A model generated the notes under the pieces. The model was not told the origin of the DNA. It worked only from the letters and a program-made list of their open reading frames with translations, and made no database searches. The position numbers and the translations under genes are program-made. DNA of 64,000 nt from the IMG/VR virus record IMGVR_UViG_3300035182_001904. The stretch is one strand, 5' to 3'. Source of the DNA: a virus. This document shows positions 18,967-27,727 of the stretch, piece after piece; position 1 is the stretch's first letter, and the number at the start of each line of letters is the position of its first letter.

Positions 18967-19758
18967 ATGGTGATTCCTCAGGCTCGGACCGCTTCGACGT
19001 ACTACGCGGAAGTTGCGCGGATGCCGTTGGTGGACGATCCCGCGGAAGAGCGCCGCCTGTTGCAACGCTGGCAACAGCGCAAGGACGTCAAGGCGCGCAA
19101 CGCCATCGTGCAGACGCATCTCCGGTTCGTCGTCAAGCTGGCTCACAAACGCAGCAAGGATCCCGAGGCGGTCAAGGACTTCATCGCCGCCGGGAACCTC
19201 GGGCTTCTCAAGGCCACCGACAAGTTCGACTGGGCTCGCAAGCCGTACATCCGCTTCCTGACGTACGCCGGTTGGTGGGTCTACGAAGAGATGTCGAACC
19301 AGGACTACACAACGGCGACGCTCGTGCACGTCCCCGCCCACCGCCAGAAGGCGCAGCGCCGGAACGCACGCGAGTATCGCGCGGCAGTGCAAGAGCACGG
19401 ACCGGACAACGCGGACGTGCAGGCGATGAACCCGGGATTGTCCGAGAGCATCGTCATGCCGATCGAAGCGGCGCGCTACACGCCGGACATCTCCGACACG
19501 GAGCCGACCTCCACCTATGGGTCGGACCGCTTGCGTGCGCTCGTGCGTGAGGGCATCAGCCGCCTGCCCTCACGAGAGCAGACAGTGCTCAACCTCTTCT
19601 ATGGTGTCAAAGACGACCCGCGGAACCTGGTCCAGATCGCTTCCATCATGGGCATGTGCCCCGAGCGCGTCCGTCAGATCAAGCTCAGCGGGATGCAGCT
19701 CCTGCACAACGAGCTGAAGCAGCGTGTCGGCCTGTCGACTGAAGACGCGTACCTCTAG
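18967..19758 (+). CDS. Sigma70-family RNA polymerase sigma factor
   Basis: Region 1.2 YYAEVARMPL..EE, region 2 HLRFVVKLA..GNLGLLKATDKFD..FLTYAGWW, region 4 LPSREQTVL..IA..CPERVRQI. Start taken at ATG 18967 rather than 18754. Confidence 0.88.
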   Translation: MVIPQARTASTYYAEVARMPLVDDPAEERRLLQRWQQRKDVKARNAIVQTHLRFVVKLAHKRSKDPEAVKDFIAAGNLGLLKATDKFDWARKPYIRFLTYAGWWVYEEMSNQDYTTATLVHVPAHRQKAQRRNAREYRAAVQEHGPDNADVQAMNPGLSESIVMPIEAARYTPDISDTEPTSTYGSDRLRALVREGISRLPSREQTVLNLFYGVKDDPRNLVQIASIMGMCPERVRQIKLSGMQLLHNELKQRVGLSTEDAYL

Positions 19759-20222
19759 AAGCCCAGGTACTTCAGCTCGTCGTAGCCGATGGTGAACTTC
19801 TTGATGTACGCCGTGCCGTCCGGTGCGTACGCCGTGATGTCCTTCAGGTTGCGGTTGATGGCGTCGAGCTTCTCGACCTCCGCCTTCTCTGCATCGATGT
19901 AGTCCTGCTCGGTCAGCAGAAAGTTGATGACGCCGGCACCAACGGTCACCTCTTCCTGCGAACCGCCACCGCTCGAGCGAGCGTTCGACGTGTAGGACTG
20001 GGACTCGACGCCACGCTTCTGCTGCGCCCGCATCTGGTTCTGGATGTCGAGCAGGACGGCATCCGTGACCTTGTGCTCGTCACGCATCTTCTTGATACGC
20101 AGGCCGCGCTCTTCGATCTTGTTGCGGGTCTCCATCGCCTTCTTGGTGGAGGCGGTGACGATCTCGGCAGTGGTCTTCTCGAACGTGAAGTTGAACATGT
20201 GGTCGATCCTTTTTGGAATCAC
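19755..20222 (-). CDS. Hypothetical coiled-coil protein
   Basis: 155 aa with AGGAG RBS. Convergent overlap with the sigma stop. Confidence 0.7.
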   Translation of the reverse strand: MIPKRIDHMFNFTFEKTTAEIVTASTKKAMETRNKIEERGLRIKKMRDEHKVTDAVLLDIQNQMRAQQKRGVESQSYTSNARSSGGGSQEEVTVGAGVINFLLTEQDYIDAEKAEVEKLDAINRNLKDITAYAPDGTAYIKKFTIGYDELKYLGF

Positions 20223-20230
20223 GGGAACTC

Positions 20231-20719
20231 CTATGGTTTGGTCTCACGTACTGCGGCAGCGACAGTCTCGTCGCACAGTGCTTGGATGTTGTTGAGGGTG
20301 TCAGGTCCTGGCTTGACCTCGAGCGTTTTGAAGATCGTCAGCCGACCCGCCTGGTTCAATGCGAGCCCAGAAATCGACGCGCCCATGAGGTCGACATGGA
20401 GGGCGGCTGAAACCGTCTTCTTAGAGGTACGTGCAAGCACGCGCATCATCGAGAAATCGATTGGAGAGAATCTCCAACTGTCAGGAGCCATCTGCATGAG
20501 CGTGGCCATCAGGTTGATGGGGTCGATGGGGGCTTGACCCACCAGTGACATGATTGCTTCGGGCGTACAGATGCCGAGCTTCTTCAGCTTAGCGAGGTTC
20601 TTGAAGACCGACGGCGTCGGACGCTCGCTGAGCCGCATCTCGAGGTCGATGGGCAGTGGCAGGTCGAACACCTCGTCGGTGTCGAACGCCGCCAACCCTT
20701 CGAGCGTCAGCTTGCTCAC
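20231..20719 (-). CDS. Hypothetical protein
   Basis: 162-aa ORF coupled (GTGA) to the upstream small ORF. Confidence 0.65.
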   Translation of the reverse strand: MSKLTLEGLAAFDTDEVFDLPLPIDLEMRLSERPTPSVFKNLAKLKKLGICTPEAIMSLVGQAPIDPINLMATLMQMAPDSWRFSPIDFSMMRVLARTSKKTVSAALHVDLMGASISGLALNQAGRLTIFKTLEVKPGPDTLNNIQALCDETVAAAVRETKP

Positions 20720-20868
20720 AAGGCACGGGCCTTCTTGATCAGCCCCAAGACGGACGCTCGCAGTGCGGGGTCTTTCCCGAATCGGTCAACGACCAACAAG
20801 GCCACCGCGGCCACTTCGAGCAATAGGAATCCGACGGCACGCATGCGTGCCGACGTTACAATGCGCAT
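20716..20868 (-). CDS. Small single-TM protein (50 aa)
   Basis: MRIVTSARMRAVGFLLLEVAAVALLVVDRF. GAGGAG lies upstream of ATG 20868. Confidence 0.45.
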   Translation of the reverse strand: MRIVTSARMRAVGFLLLEVAAVALLVVDRFGKDPALRASVLGLIKKARAL

Positions 20869-20872
20869 GGAG

Positions 20873-21115
20873 TTACTCCTCAGCGTGCGCGATGACGCGC
20901 GCGCGATCGATGTTGCGCAGCGATAGCGAGCGGAGGGTCCGCCCCTCCAAGATCTCGCCCACGGCGTAGTAGAACTCCGCGGCGACGTCCGCCACGGTCT
21001 TGTTGGGGTCGTTCTGCACAGCGAACCAGACGGCGCGGATGTCGCGCAGGCGTCCAGCCACGTCGTTGGCGACGCGGACGCTAACTCCGCTCCGACCTCC
21101 ACGACGACGACTCAC
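20873..21115 (-). CDS. Hypothetical protein (80 aa)
   Basis: GTG at 21115 with AAGGA RBS, overlapping the HNH stop. Confidence 0.6.
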   Translation of the reverse strand: MSRRRGGRSGVSVRVANDVAGRLRDIRAVWFAVQNDPNKTVADVAAEFYYAVGEILEGRTLRSLSLRNIDRARVIAHAEE

Positions 21116-21618
21116 GTTTTTTCCTTGTGAGTTCGTTTGTTTCTGTGAGGACAGCACCCATAGCGGAATGTTGCGTAGTTACAGTTGAAACACAACACTT
21201 GAAATCCCGGAGGAAACCCCTGGTCACGAAGCCAACGATACATTTTGTCTCCAGTACCAACTTCCTTTCGGTGAGCACTCCCTCCGCCGCCGATGTGATC
21301 GAGTGTTAAAAACTCAAGTTGAGTTTCTAAACAGCACACACAAACAGGACCTCCATACACGTTAAGAACTTCTGCACGTAAACGTTCACGATACGCCTTC
21401 CCGTTCCTACGGGTACGTTCCAAACACTCTTGGCAAACCACAGACGTGCTTAGATGTTCTCGGCGTCCGCACTGGGCACATAGCCCTGCCGCACGGTATC
21501 GTGCCTGTGCCGTTGCATTTCTCAAACGTGAATCACGCCCGTATCGGGCTCTGTATTCAGGCGTGCGACTAGGCCTAGCTTTCCTCACACGGATTCGTTT
21601 CCCAAGGTTTGGTACCAC
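21112..21618 (-). CDS. HNH endonuclease (free-standing); start uncertain
   Basis: CVCC..FLTLDH..GG..HR..FQVLCFNCN plus N-terminal CxxC..CxxC. Locally lower GC. Confidence 0.8.
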   Translation of the reverse strand: MVPNLGKRIRVRKARPSRTPEYRARYGRDSRLRNATAQARYRAAGLCAQCGRREHLSTSVVCQECLERTRRNGKAYRERLRAEVLNVYGGPVCVCCLETQLEFLTLDHIGGGGSAHRKEVGTGDKMYRWLRDQGFPPGFQVLCFNCNYATFRYGCCPHRNKRTHKEKT

Positions 21619-21745
21619 ACCGTGGACACATCGGTACGTTGGTTGATGGCACCAACGCGCTACTGCACAACGGACACCTAGGGTCCTCTTTCAATGCGGC
21701 TGTCTTCACAGCTTCAGGGTCAACATCAACGCCAAGTTTCTCCAT
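21575..21745 (-). CDS. Small Zn-ribbon protein (56 aa, not in ORF track)
   Basis: MEKLGVDVDPEAVKTAALKEDPRCPLCSSALVPSTNVPMCPRCGTKPWETNPCEES. Two CPxC knuckles. Confidence 0.65.
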   Translation of the reverse strand: MEKLGVDVDPEAVKTAALKEDPRCPLCSSALVPSTNVPMCPRCGTKPWETNPCEES

Positions 21746-21754
21746 GTCGCTACT

Positions 21755-22156
21755 CTAGCGCAGGGAGACCTTCTTGCTGGTACCGATTCGGTTGCCGCGA
21801 AGCACCGAGTACTCGGCCGGGGCTCCGTCGGCGTTCAGGAACTTCTCGGCCTTGTTGACCGAGTCGAACTCGTGGACTTGGCCGACGACCACGTAGACCT
21901 TGCGTGAGACGCGCGACTTCTTGTCGTCAGCGTCGTCGTCCTTCTCGCCATCCGGCTTGGCGTCCGGCTTGGCGTCCGGCTTGGCGTCCGCGGCCTTGGC
22001 GTCCGCGGCCTTGGCGTCCGCGGCCTTGGCGTCCGCGGCCTTGGCGTCCGCGGCCTTCTTGTCGTCCGGCTTCGCAGCGTTGGAGGTGGTGGCGGCGGCC
22101 GCAGCCTGAACGCCGAGCGGCTTGTTCTGATTCGTGTGTGCTTGCGTCATAAACAT
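21755..22156 (-). CDS. Lys/Ala/Asp-repeat protein with small globular C-terminal domain
   Basis: (AADAK)x5 and (PDAK)x2-3 repeats followed by a folded-looking ~50-aa tail. Confidence 0.75.
   Translation of the reverse strand: MFMTQAHTNQNKPLGVQAAAAATTSNAAKPDDKKAADAKAADAKAADAKAADAKAADAKPDAKPDAKPDGEKDDDADDKKSRVSRKVYVVVGQVHEFDSVNKAEKFLNADGAPAEYSVLRGNRIGTSKKVSLR
21952..22057. repeat. In-frame tandem repeats: 3 x 12 bp and 4.7 x 15 bp
   Basis: ccggcttggcgt x3 (21952-21987), then ccgcggccttggcgt x4 plus a partial copy. Confidence 0.95.
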
Positions 22157-22186
22157 GACGTAGCACGCACGCGAATCGCGCGTCTA

Positions 22187-23113
22187 CTATTTGCCGCGAC
22201 AATGGCGCCACATGGAGCACCACTTCTTGTCGCACCACCAGTTCGAGGGATCGGTCATCTGGAAGTGCCCCGTGGACACGCCGTAGGCGATCCCGTGTGC
22301 AACGCCCATGACGACCGCTTCGGCGTGCTTGACCATCTTGTCCGAGATGACGCCGGTGAGCTTCTCGTAGCGAGGACGTGGCACCTTCGCCCGTCCCTTG
22401 ACGACCATGTCGACCTGAACATCGGGAACATGCTCGACGCCGGCGTAGACTGCGAACTGCAGGTCGTTGGCGAGGTCGCTCTCGGACCACTTGTCCGTGA
22501 CGACCTTGAGGTCATGTACACGCTTGGGCTTGACGGGCTGCTTGGACCCGAGTGCCTCGCGGATGTCCTGGTACTCCTGCTCGGTGTGCGACTGCACCTG
22601 GATGCTGTCGATACGGCCGAGCACCGGAAGCTTGACCTTGCCATCCGCGGAACGGAACACGGCGTGGAAGGTCTTCTCGACCTCGATCGGCGTCGCATCG
22701 ACCGCCGCCTCGTCATAGTAGGCGTTCGTGCACTTCACGCCGGTGTCCTTGACCGAGCCCTCGTCCTCACCCTCCCAGTCCTCGATCAGCTTCTTCGTCT
22801 CGTTGAACGAGTCCGAGTAGGCGTCCATCGCCATCTCCCGCGTGGGCAGGGTGCCGGTCTCGAGCCGCCCCTTGAGCACCTTCTCGACCGCGTTGTGCAC
22901 CTGAATCCCCTGGAACATGCGCGCGACGGTGCGTCGCGGCTTGTGCTCGAGATAAGCGAGCTGCCACGACTTGGGACACTTGAGGAACATGCCGACCTGT
23001 GACGGCGACAGATAGCCGCGAGGCAAGATGTCGACCAGCTCGGGTTCGACGTCAGCGGGCACTTCGATCGCGGGGTCGAGAAACGCTTCGACCTCTTCCA
23101 TTCCTGTGGTCAT
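22187..23113 (-). CDS. Second Cas4/RecB-like PD-(D/E)XK nuclease
   Basis: YLSPSQ..CP, GRID..HDLK, QFAVY, and C-terminal WWC..WC..C. Confidence 0.8.
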   Translation of the reverse strand: MTTGMEEVEAFLDPAIEVPADVEPELVDILPRGYLSPSQVGMFLKCPKSWQLAYLEHKPRRTVARMFQGIQVHNAVEKVLKGRLETGTLPTREMAMDAYSDSFNETKKLIEDWEGEDEGSVKDTGVKCTNAYYDEAAVDATPIEVEKTFHAVFRSADGKVKLPVLGRIDSIQVQSHTEQEYQDIREALGSKQPVKPKRVHDLKVVTDKWSESDLANDLQFAVYAGVEHVPDVQVDMVVKGRAKVPRPRYEKLTGVISDKMVKHAEAVVMGVAHGIAYGVSTGHFQMTDPSNWWCDKKWCSMWRHCRGK

Positions 23114-23502
23114 CGCTTTCCTCCTGGGAAGTCAAGGGACTCCCCTTCCATGAGTTGACGTTCGGGTGTCGGAAACTTGCCTGGGTTGGTCGCGGCTGCT
23201 TTGGCGGAGGCCCGCAGGATTGCATCCATGTCGACAGGCGCCTGGCCTCCATCAACAACAGCGAGTGCGGGCGGTGCCGCCGCCGACTCTTGTCGCGCGT
23301 ACTCGTCGAGGGTGGTTACACCGCTCGAGGTGATCACCGGCGATGACGACGGCACATCATCGCGCGTCACCTCGACCGACACGACCGCCTTGTTCTTGGA
23401 GAACTTGATGTCGTCCTCCGAGGCTGAAATGCCTTGTTGGGCCAAGTCCTGTTTGATCAGGCGCGTGATGTCGGACGCCTCGTACGTGACTACAATCTTC
23501 AT
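23110..23502 (-). CDS. Hypothetical protein
   Basis: 130 aa, ATGA-coupled on both sides. Confidence 0.7.
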   Translation of the reverse strand: MKIVVTYEASDITRLIKQDLAQQGISASEDDIKFSKNKAVVSVEVTRDDVPSSSPVITSSGVTTLDEYARQESAAAPPALAVVDGGQAPVDMDAILRASAKAAATNPGKFPTPERQLMEGESLDFPGGKR

Positions 23503-25484
23503 TTGGCCCTCTCAGGTAGCATGGGCAAGGCATACGCCTTGATGACGGGGCGGTCCACCTTCTTGGGGTGGATGCACCCTAGCTGAAAGGGTTCAATCCC
23601 CTTCGCAAGACATATGATGTTTTTCGGACATAGCGCGCATTCAATCTTGTTCGTGAGCATCGAATCGACATCGATTTTGTGATCGAGCAAATGGGCTACC
23701 GCCAGCTCAAGCGTTCCCTGCCCGATCATCCTGTACACGGTAACCTTGTCGTTCTGTCCAATCCGATAGTTTCGGTCCAAGCATTGCGAGTACGAATTCA
23801 GCGAATACGGCAACGAGCTGTAGATCATGTACGTCGCCGAATTCAACGTGATGCCGAGGCCTGTGGTGACTTGGCCGATGTAGACGCGGACGGCAGGGGC
23901 GTCGTTGAACGCGTCGACGGAGGCCATCGGGTCTCGTGAACCGCCATCGACCCGTACGTACCCAATCTCTTCGGCGTTCAACCGCTCCTCGATCAGGTCC
24001 ATCTCAATGTGAAACGCGCACCAGATGATCACCTTGTGGTGCGGCGTTTCAAGAATCCCGTCGAGCAGCTCCATGATCGATTCGAGCTTGGGGTGCTCGT
24101 CAAACGTGATGGTCGTGGAGGGCCATGGCGTCGCGTCAACCAGGCACCGTGGGGTGCGTGGTTGAATCTGCCGCGCGACACAGGCGTCACGGTGTTCACA
24201 CGGCAAGCCTCCCCGGGCCGAGTCGCAGTAGAAGGGATCCTTCTCGCTCTTGATGAGGAAGCCTGACGTGATCTGCAAAAGCTTCATCAAGGCCGCCGCT
24301 CGGTGCGGCATCTCGATGGCAGAAAGTTGGTGCGGGAGAATGGGCTTCGCACCAATCTCCCCGGACCGAATCTGGATCCCTAGCTTACCCAGCACCTCGG
24401 GGTCGATGCCCATGTCGATGACGATCTTGTCGTACGCAACGGTCTGAGCGCGTGTAAGGGTATACTCTACGTCCACAAAGGAGCGTGTTGGCAGGTCCAA
24501 GCACTGCTCTTTGGTACGACGGATCGACAAGAAGGTCGTACGTGCATTGATGACGTCGAGATTCTTGTAACCAACCACGATAGGAGAGTTGGCGCCTCGC
24601 GTGACAACGAACGTTTTTTTGTACTTCCAGTACGTCTCGGGCATGAAGCAGTCGCCCAGGATTTTGTAGGGGCCGTACAGGTCGAGAGGATTCCCCTCGG
24701 TGGGGGACCCCGTCATGAGGATGCGGCGCATCGCCTTCTGTGCGATCTCATGCGTCGTCTTGGTGCGCTCGGACTGCCAGGTCTTCACGCCATGGCTTTC
24801 ATCGCAGACCAGAACGCCGTAAGGCAGCCGTTCTACGAGGAAATCCACTAAACTTCTCGCAGTGTCGTACGTCGAAAGAACCATGTCGGTGCCCTCGGCG
24901 GCAGCGCGTTCGATGATCTCGCGCTTCTGCTTGGGCGTTCCGACCAGCGCGGCCCACGTGAGCTGGCGGCCCGAGTGAAGGTCGATCTGCCGACCCCAGT
25001 TCCGCACGGTGACGCGCGGCCCGAGCACCAGGGCCGTGGCGCGGTTGCCGGTGTGGCGCAACAAACGCAGGAGATCGATCGCGATCTTCGACTTGCCGAG
25101 ACCAGGATCGTAGAACAACGCCGCCCGCATGTTGTAGAACACGTGGCAGAGTCCTTCAACCTGATGCTGGTATGGCGCCGTGACGTATTCAAATCCCGTG
25201 GGCAAGGTCAGCGCTTCCAAGCGTCGGCGCACATCCTCGAGCGCCTCGATGTGGCGTTGGGCCACGTCCGAGATCACCACGTCAACGTCGGAAGCCACTG
25301 CTTGAAGGTCCGCGATGACCTTGCTGGATGCAGGGAAGAACGCGGGGTACATCCACAAGGCCCGCGAAGCGTCCCATGTAGCGCCAAACACGCGACTGTA
25401 CGTAGCATTCTGTCCGTGAACCAGAAACACGGGCGTGCCGTTGCCCGCGCGTCCGACGCGGATCTCCATTCGGGGTCGACCCAT
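23499..25484 (-). CDS. SNF2-family helicase/ATPase
   Basis: YQHQ, DPGLGKS, CDESH, LMTGSP, RRTK and QCLDRNYRIGQ. Confidence 0.9.
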   Translation of the reverse strand: MGRPRMEIRVGRAGNGTPVFLVHGQNATYSRVFGATWDASRALWMYPAFFPASSKVIADLQAVASDVDVVISDVAQRHIEALEDVRRRLEALTLPTGFEYVTAPYQHQVEGLCHVFYNMRAALFYDPGLGKSKIAIDLLRLLRHTGNRATALVLGPRVTVRNWGRQIDLHSGRQLTWAALVGTPKQKREIIERAAAEGTDMVLSTYDTARSLVDFLVERLPYGVLVCDESHGVKTWQSERTKTTHEIAQKAMRRILMTGSPTEGNPLDLYGPYKILGDCFMPETYWKYKKTFVVTRGANSPIVVGYKNLDVINARTTFLSIRRTKEQCLDLPTRSFVDVEYTLTRAQTVAYDKIVIDMGIDPEVLGKLGIQIRSGEIGAKPILPHQLSAIEMPHRAAALMKLLQITSGFLIKSEKDPFYCDSARGGLPCEHRDACVARQIQPRTPRCLVDATPWPSTTITFDEHPKLESIMELLDGILETPHHKVIIWCAFHIEMDLIEERLNAEEIGYVRVDGGSRDPMASVDAFNDAPAVRVYIGQVTTGLGITLNSATYMIYSSLPYSLNSYSQCLDRNYRIGQNDKVTVYRMIGQGTLELAVAHLLDHKIDVDSMLTNKIECALCPKNIICLAKGIEPFQLGCIHPKKVDRPVIKAYALPMLPERAK

Positions 25485-25498
25485 AGGGCGTCCGCCTT

Positions 25499-25506
25499 TC
25501 TATCAT
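25499..25506 (+). promoter_or_regulatory. -10-like TCTATCAT upstream of portal
   Basis: TATCAT at 25501-25506, ATG at 25528, in a 43-nt divergent intergenic gap. Confidence 0.45.
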
Positions 25507-25527
25507 GTGATGATTGCGGGGTAAACC

Positions 25528-27318
25528 ATGGCCACTGATGGAATGTTCGACCCGGGTATCTCCGACCTGTCGACGCAAAACACGTCGTCGCACGGAAGTC
25601 CGCTCTTCGATTTCCTCACGGCGTTCGCGCCACGGAAGCTCAAGGACCTCTTCCGACTGTGCGAGTACCTCTACTTCAACAGCGCGCAGATCTACGCCGC
25701 GCTCCAGAAGTTCTGCACGTACCCCGTCACCGACATCATCTACGAGACGCAGAACGAGGCGCTCAAGAACTACTACGAGGACCTCCACGACAAGACGCTG
25801 AAGACGAAGCGCGTCTTGATCCGCGCGGCCGTCGACAAGTTCGTTTACGGCAACGCGTTCTTCTCGATGTACGCGCCGTTCGTGCGCTTCCTGAAGTGTC
25901 CGCGCTGCCAGTCGCTGACGAACATCCACCAGGTCACCTACAAGTTCAACCTGAAGAAGCTCGCCTTCAACTACGCATGCAAAGGCTGCAACGTGAAGGT
26001 GGACATCGGTGAGAAGGACGTCATCGACCGCAAGATCACACGCAAGGACCGCATCTCGGTGATCCGTTGGGACCCGAAGTTGATGGACATCGACTACAAC
26101 CCCATCACCGGGCACAGCGAGTACTACTACACGATCCCCAAGGAGATTAAGGAACGCTGCGCCAAGGGGAACAAGCACCTCATCGACACGATGCCGATGG
26201 AGTTTTTGAAGACGATTCGCTCGGACAAGATCTTCAAGTTCGCGGAAGGTCAAGTCTTCCACATGCGCATGGACGCGCCCGCGGGCATCGAGGCTCAATG
26301 GGGCTTCCCGCCGCTCGCATCGACGATCAAGCTGTTCTTCTACGCGGCGGTGCTGCGCAAGGCGAACGAAGCGATCGCGCTCGACTACATCGTCCCGCTG
26401 CGCATCATCTCGCCGAAGCAGTCGTCGGCGAACGCCGATCCGATGACCACCATCTCGTTGGCCAAGTGGTCCGACGAGATGAAGACCAGCGTCAAGAAGT
26501 GGCGGCGAGATCCCCTCCACATCATGTGGTCACCGATCCCCGCGGAGGTCACGCACCTTGGTGGCCAAGCCCGTGCGCTCATGACGCTCGGCGAGGTCCA
26601 GGCTGCCGAAGACAACATCATCGCTGCAATGGGCCTGCCCAAGGAGTTCATCTACGGCGGCTTCTCTGCGATGGGCTCGGGCATCCAGCTTCGCGTGCTC
26701 GAGAACCAGCTCGTTCACCAAACGGGTGACCTCAACGACCTCCTGCAGTGGGTCACAGACAAGTCGGCCAAGCAGCTGGGGCGTGGCACGGTGACGTGTT
26801 CGCTCGCACCCTTCCGCTTCATCGATGACGTTCAGCAGAAGGCGCTGCTCCTGCAGCTCAACGGCGCCGACCCTTCGACGGGCCCGTGGATCTCCAAGCG
26901 GACCATGGGCGAGGCGTTCGACATCGACCCGTCCGACGAGCGCAAGTGGCGCATGCAGGAAGCAATCGACGACGCGCGAACTGCACAGGAGCTGCAGGTC
27001 GAGATGCAGAAGCGTCAGAACAATCTGGGCTCACAGGCACGAGCCCAAGCGCAGATGGGTCAGCAGGGTCTCTCCTACGACCAGCAGGCGGTGATCGCGC
27101 AGGCAGATCAGGTGATCCAGCAGCTGATGGGCCTGGACCCCGGGAGCCGGCAATCGCAGATGCACGCGCTGCAGACCGAGGACATGGTGATGTACGCGGT
27201 CGTCAAGGAACGCATGCATGACCAGACCACTCAGCAGAACCAACAGGCGATCGCGGCAGCCCGTCAAGGCGGCGATCCTTCCGGCGGTGGCGCACCACCC
27301 GCAGCGCCAGGTATGTAA
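25528..27318 (+). CDS. Probable portal protein
   Basis: 596 aa, first gene of the virion block. Portal-like segments (RWDPKLMDI, WGFPP, IIAAMGLPKEFIYG, QLRVLEN) and a Q-rich tail. Assignment rests on position and resemblance. Confidence 0.65.
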   Translation: MATDGMFDPGISDLSTQNTSSHGSPLFDFLTAFAPRKLKDLFRLCEYLYFNSAQIYAALQKFCTYPVTDIIYETQNEALKNYYEDLHDKTLKTKRVLIRAAVDKFVYGNAFFSMYAPFVRFLKCPRCQSLTNIHQVTYKFNLKKLAFNYACKGCNVKVDIGEKDVIDRKITRKDRISVIRWDPKLMDIDYNPITGHSEYYYTIPKEIKERCAKGNKHLIDTMPMEFLKTIRSDKIFKFAEGQVFHMRMDAPAGIEAQWGFPPLASTIKLFFYAAVLRKANEAIALDYIVPLRIISPKQSSANADPMTTISLAKWSDEMKTSVKKWRRDPLHIMWSPIPAEVTHLGGQARALMTLGEVQAAEDNIIAAMGLPKEFIYGGFSAMGSGIQLRVLENQLVHQTGDLNDLLQWVTDKSAKQLGRGTVTCSLAPFRFIDDVQQKALLLQLNGADPSTGPWISKRTMGEAFDIDPSDERKWRMQEAIDDARTAQELQVEMQKRQNNLGSQARAQAQMGQQGLSYDQQAVIAQADQVIQQLMGLDPGSRQSQMHALQTEDMVMYAVVKERMHDQTTQQNQQAIAAARQGGDPSGGGAPPAAPGM

Positions 27319-27326
27319 GATAACCC

Positions 27327-27710
27327 ATGCCGCAAGACTCAGAAGACTTCGCCGACGTCATCGAAAAGGCCCAGAAGGTCAGCAACGACCTGGGCAGCTT
27401 GTTCGGTGCGCAGAACGGACCGGGGCGTGTTGCGTTCGAACAGCGCGGCAACCGCGGCGGCCCCGAGCTGGACTACGAAGCCCACTCCGAGGTCTTCGCG
27501 CTGCCCGCGGATCGCGACAGCTACGAAGACGTCATGAACCAGGTGCTGCGTGGCGAAGCCATCATGCGCTACGAGGACCGGACCTTCTCGAAAGAGGGCG
27601 ACTTCCTGGTGGCCTTGGTCTACCTGACGCCCCGTGCACGTCCAGCTCCCGTGAACAACCAAGACGCAGGCGACGCCGAACCTGCTGAACGACCGCGACG
27701 GCTGCCCTAA
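27327..27710 (+). CDS. Hypothetical protein
   Basis: 127-aa ORF between the portal and RNAP genes. Confidence 0.7.
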   Translation: MPQDSEDFADVIEKAQKVSNDLGSLFGAQNGPGRVAFEQRGNRGGPELDYEAHSEVFALPADRDSYEDVMNQVLRGEAIMRYEDRTFSKEGDFLVALVYLTPRARPAPVNNQDAGDAEPAERPRRLP

Positions 27711-27727
27711 CGGAGCCTTGTACCAAA

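Noticed and set aside
21952-22057. Short tandem repeats here, at 35055-35140 and at 42266-42434 as possible CRISPR arrays
   Set aside because: There are no unique spacers, unit lengths are multiples of 3, and all lie in frame within coding sequence.
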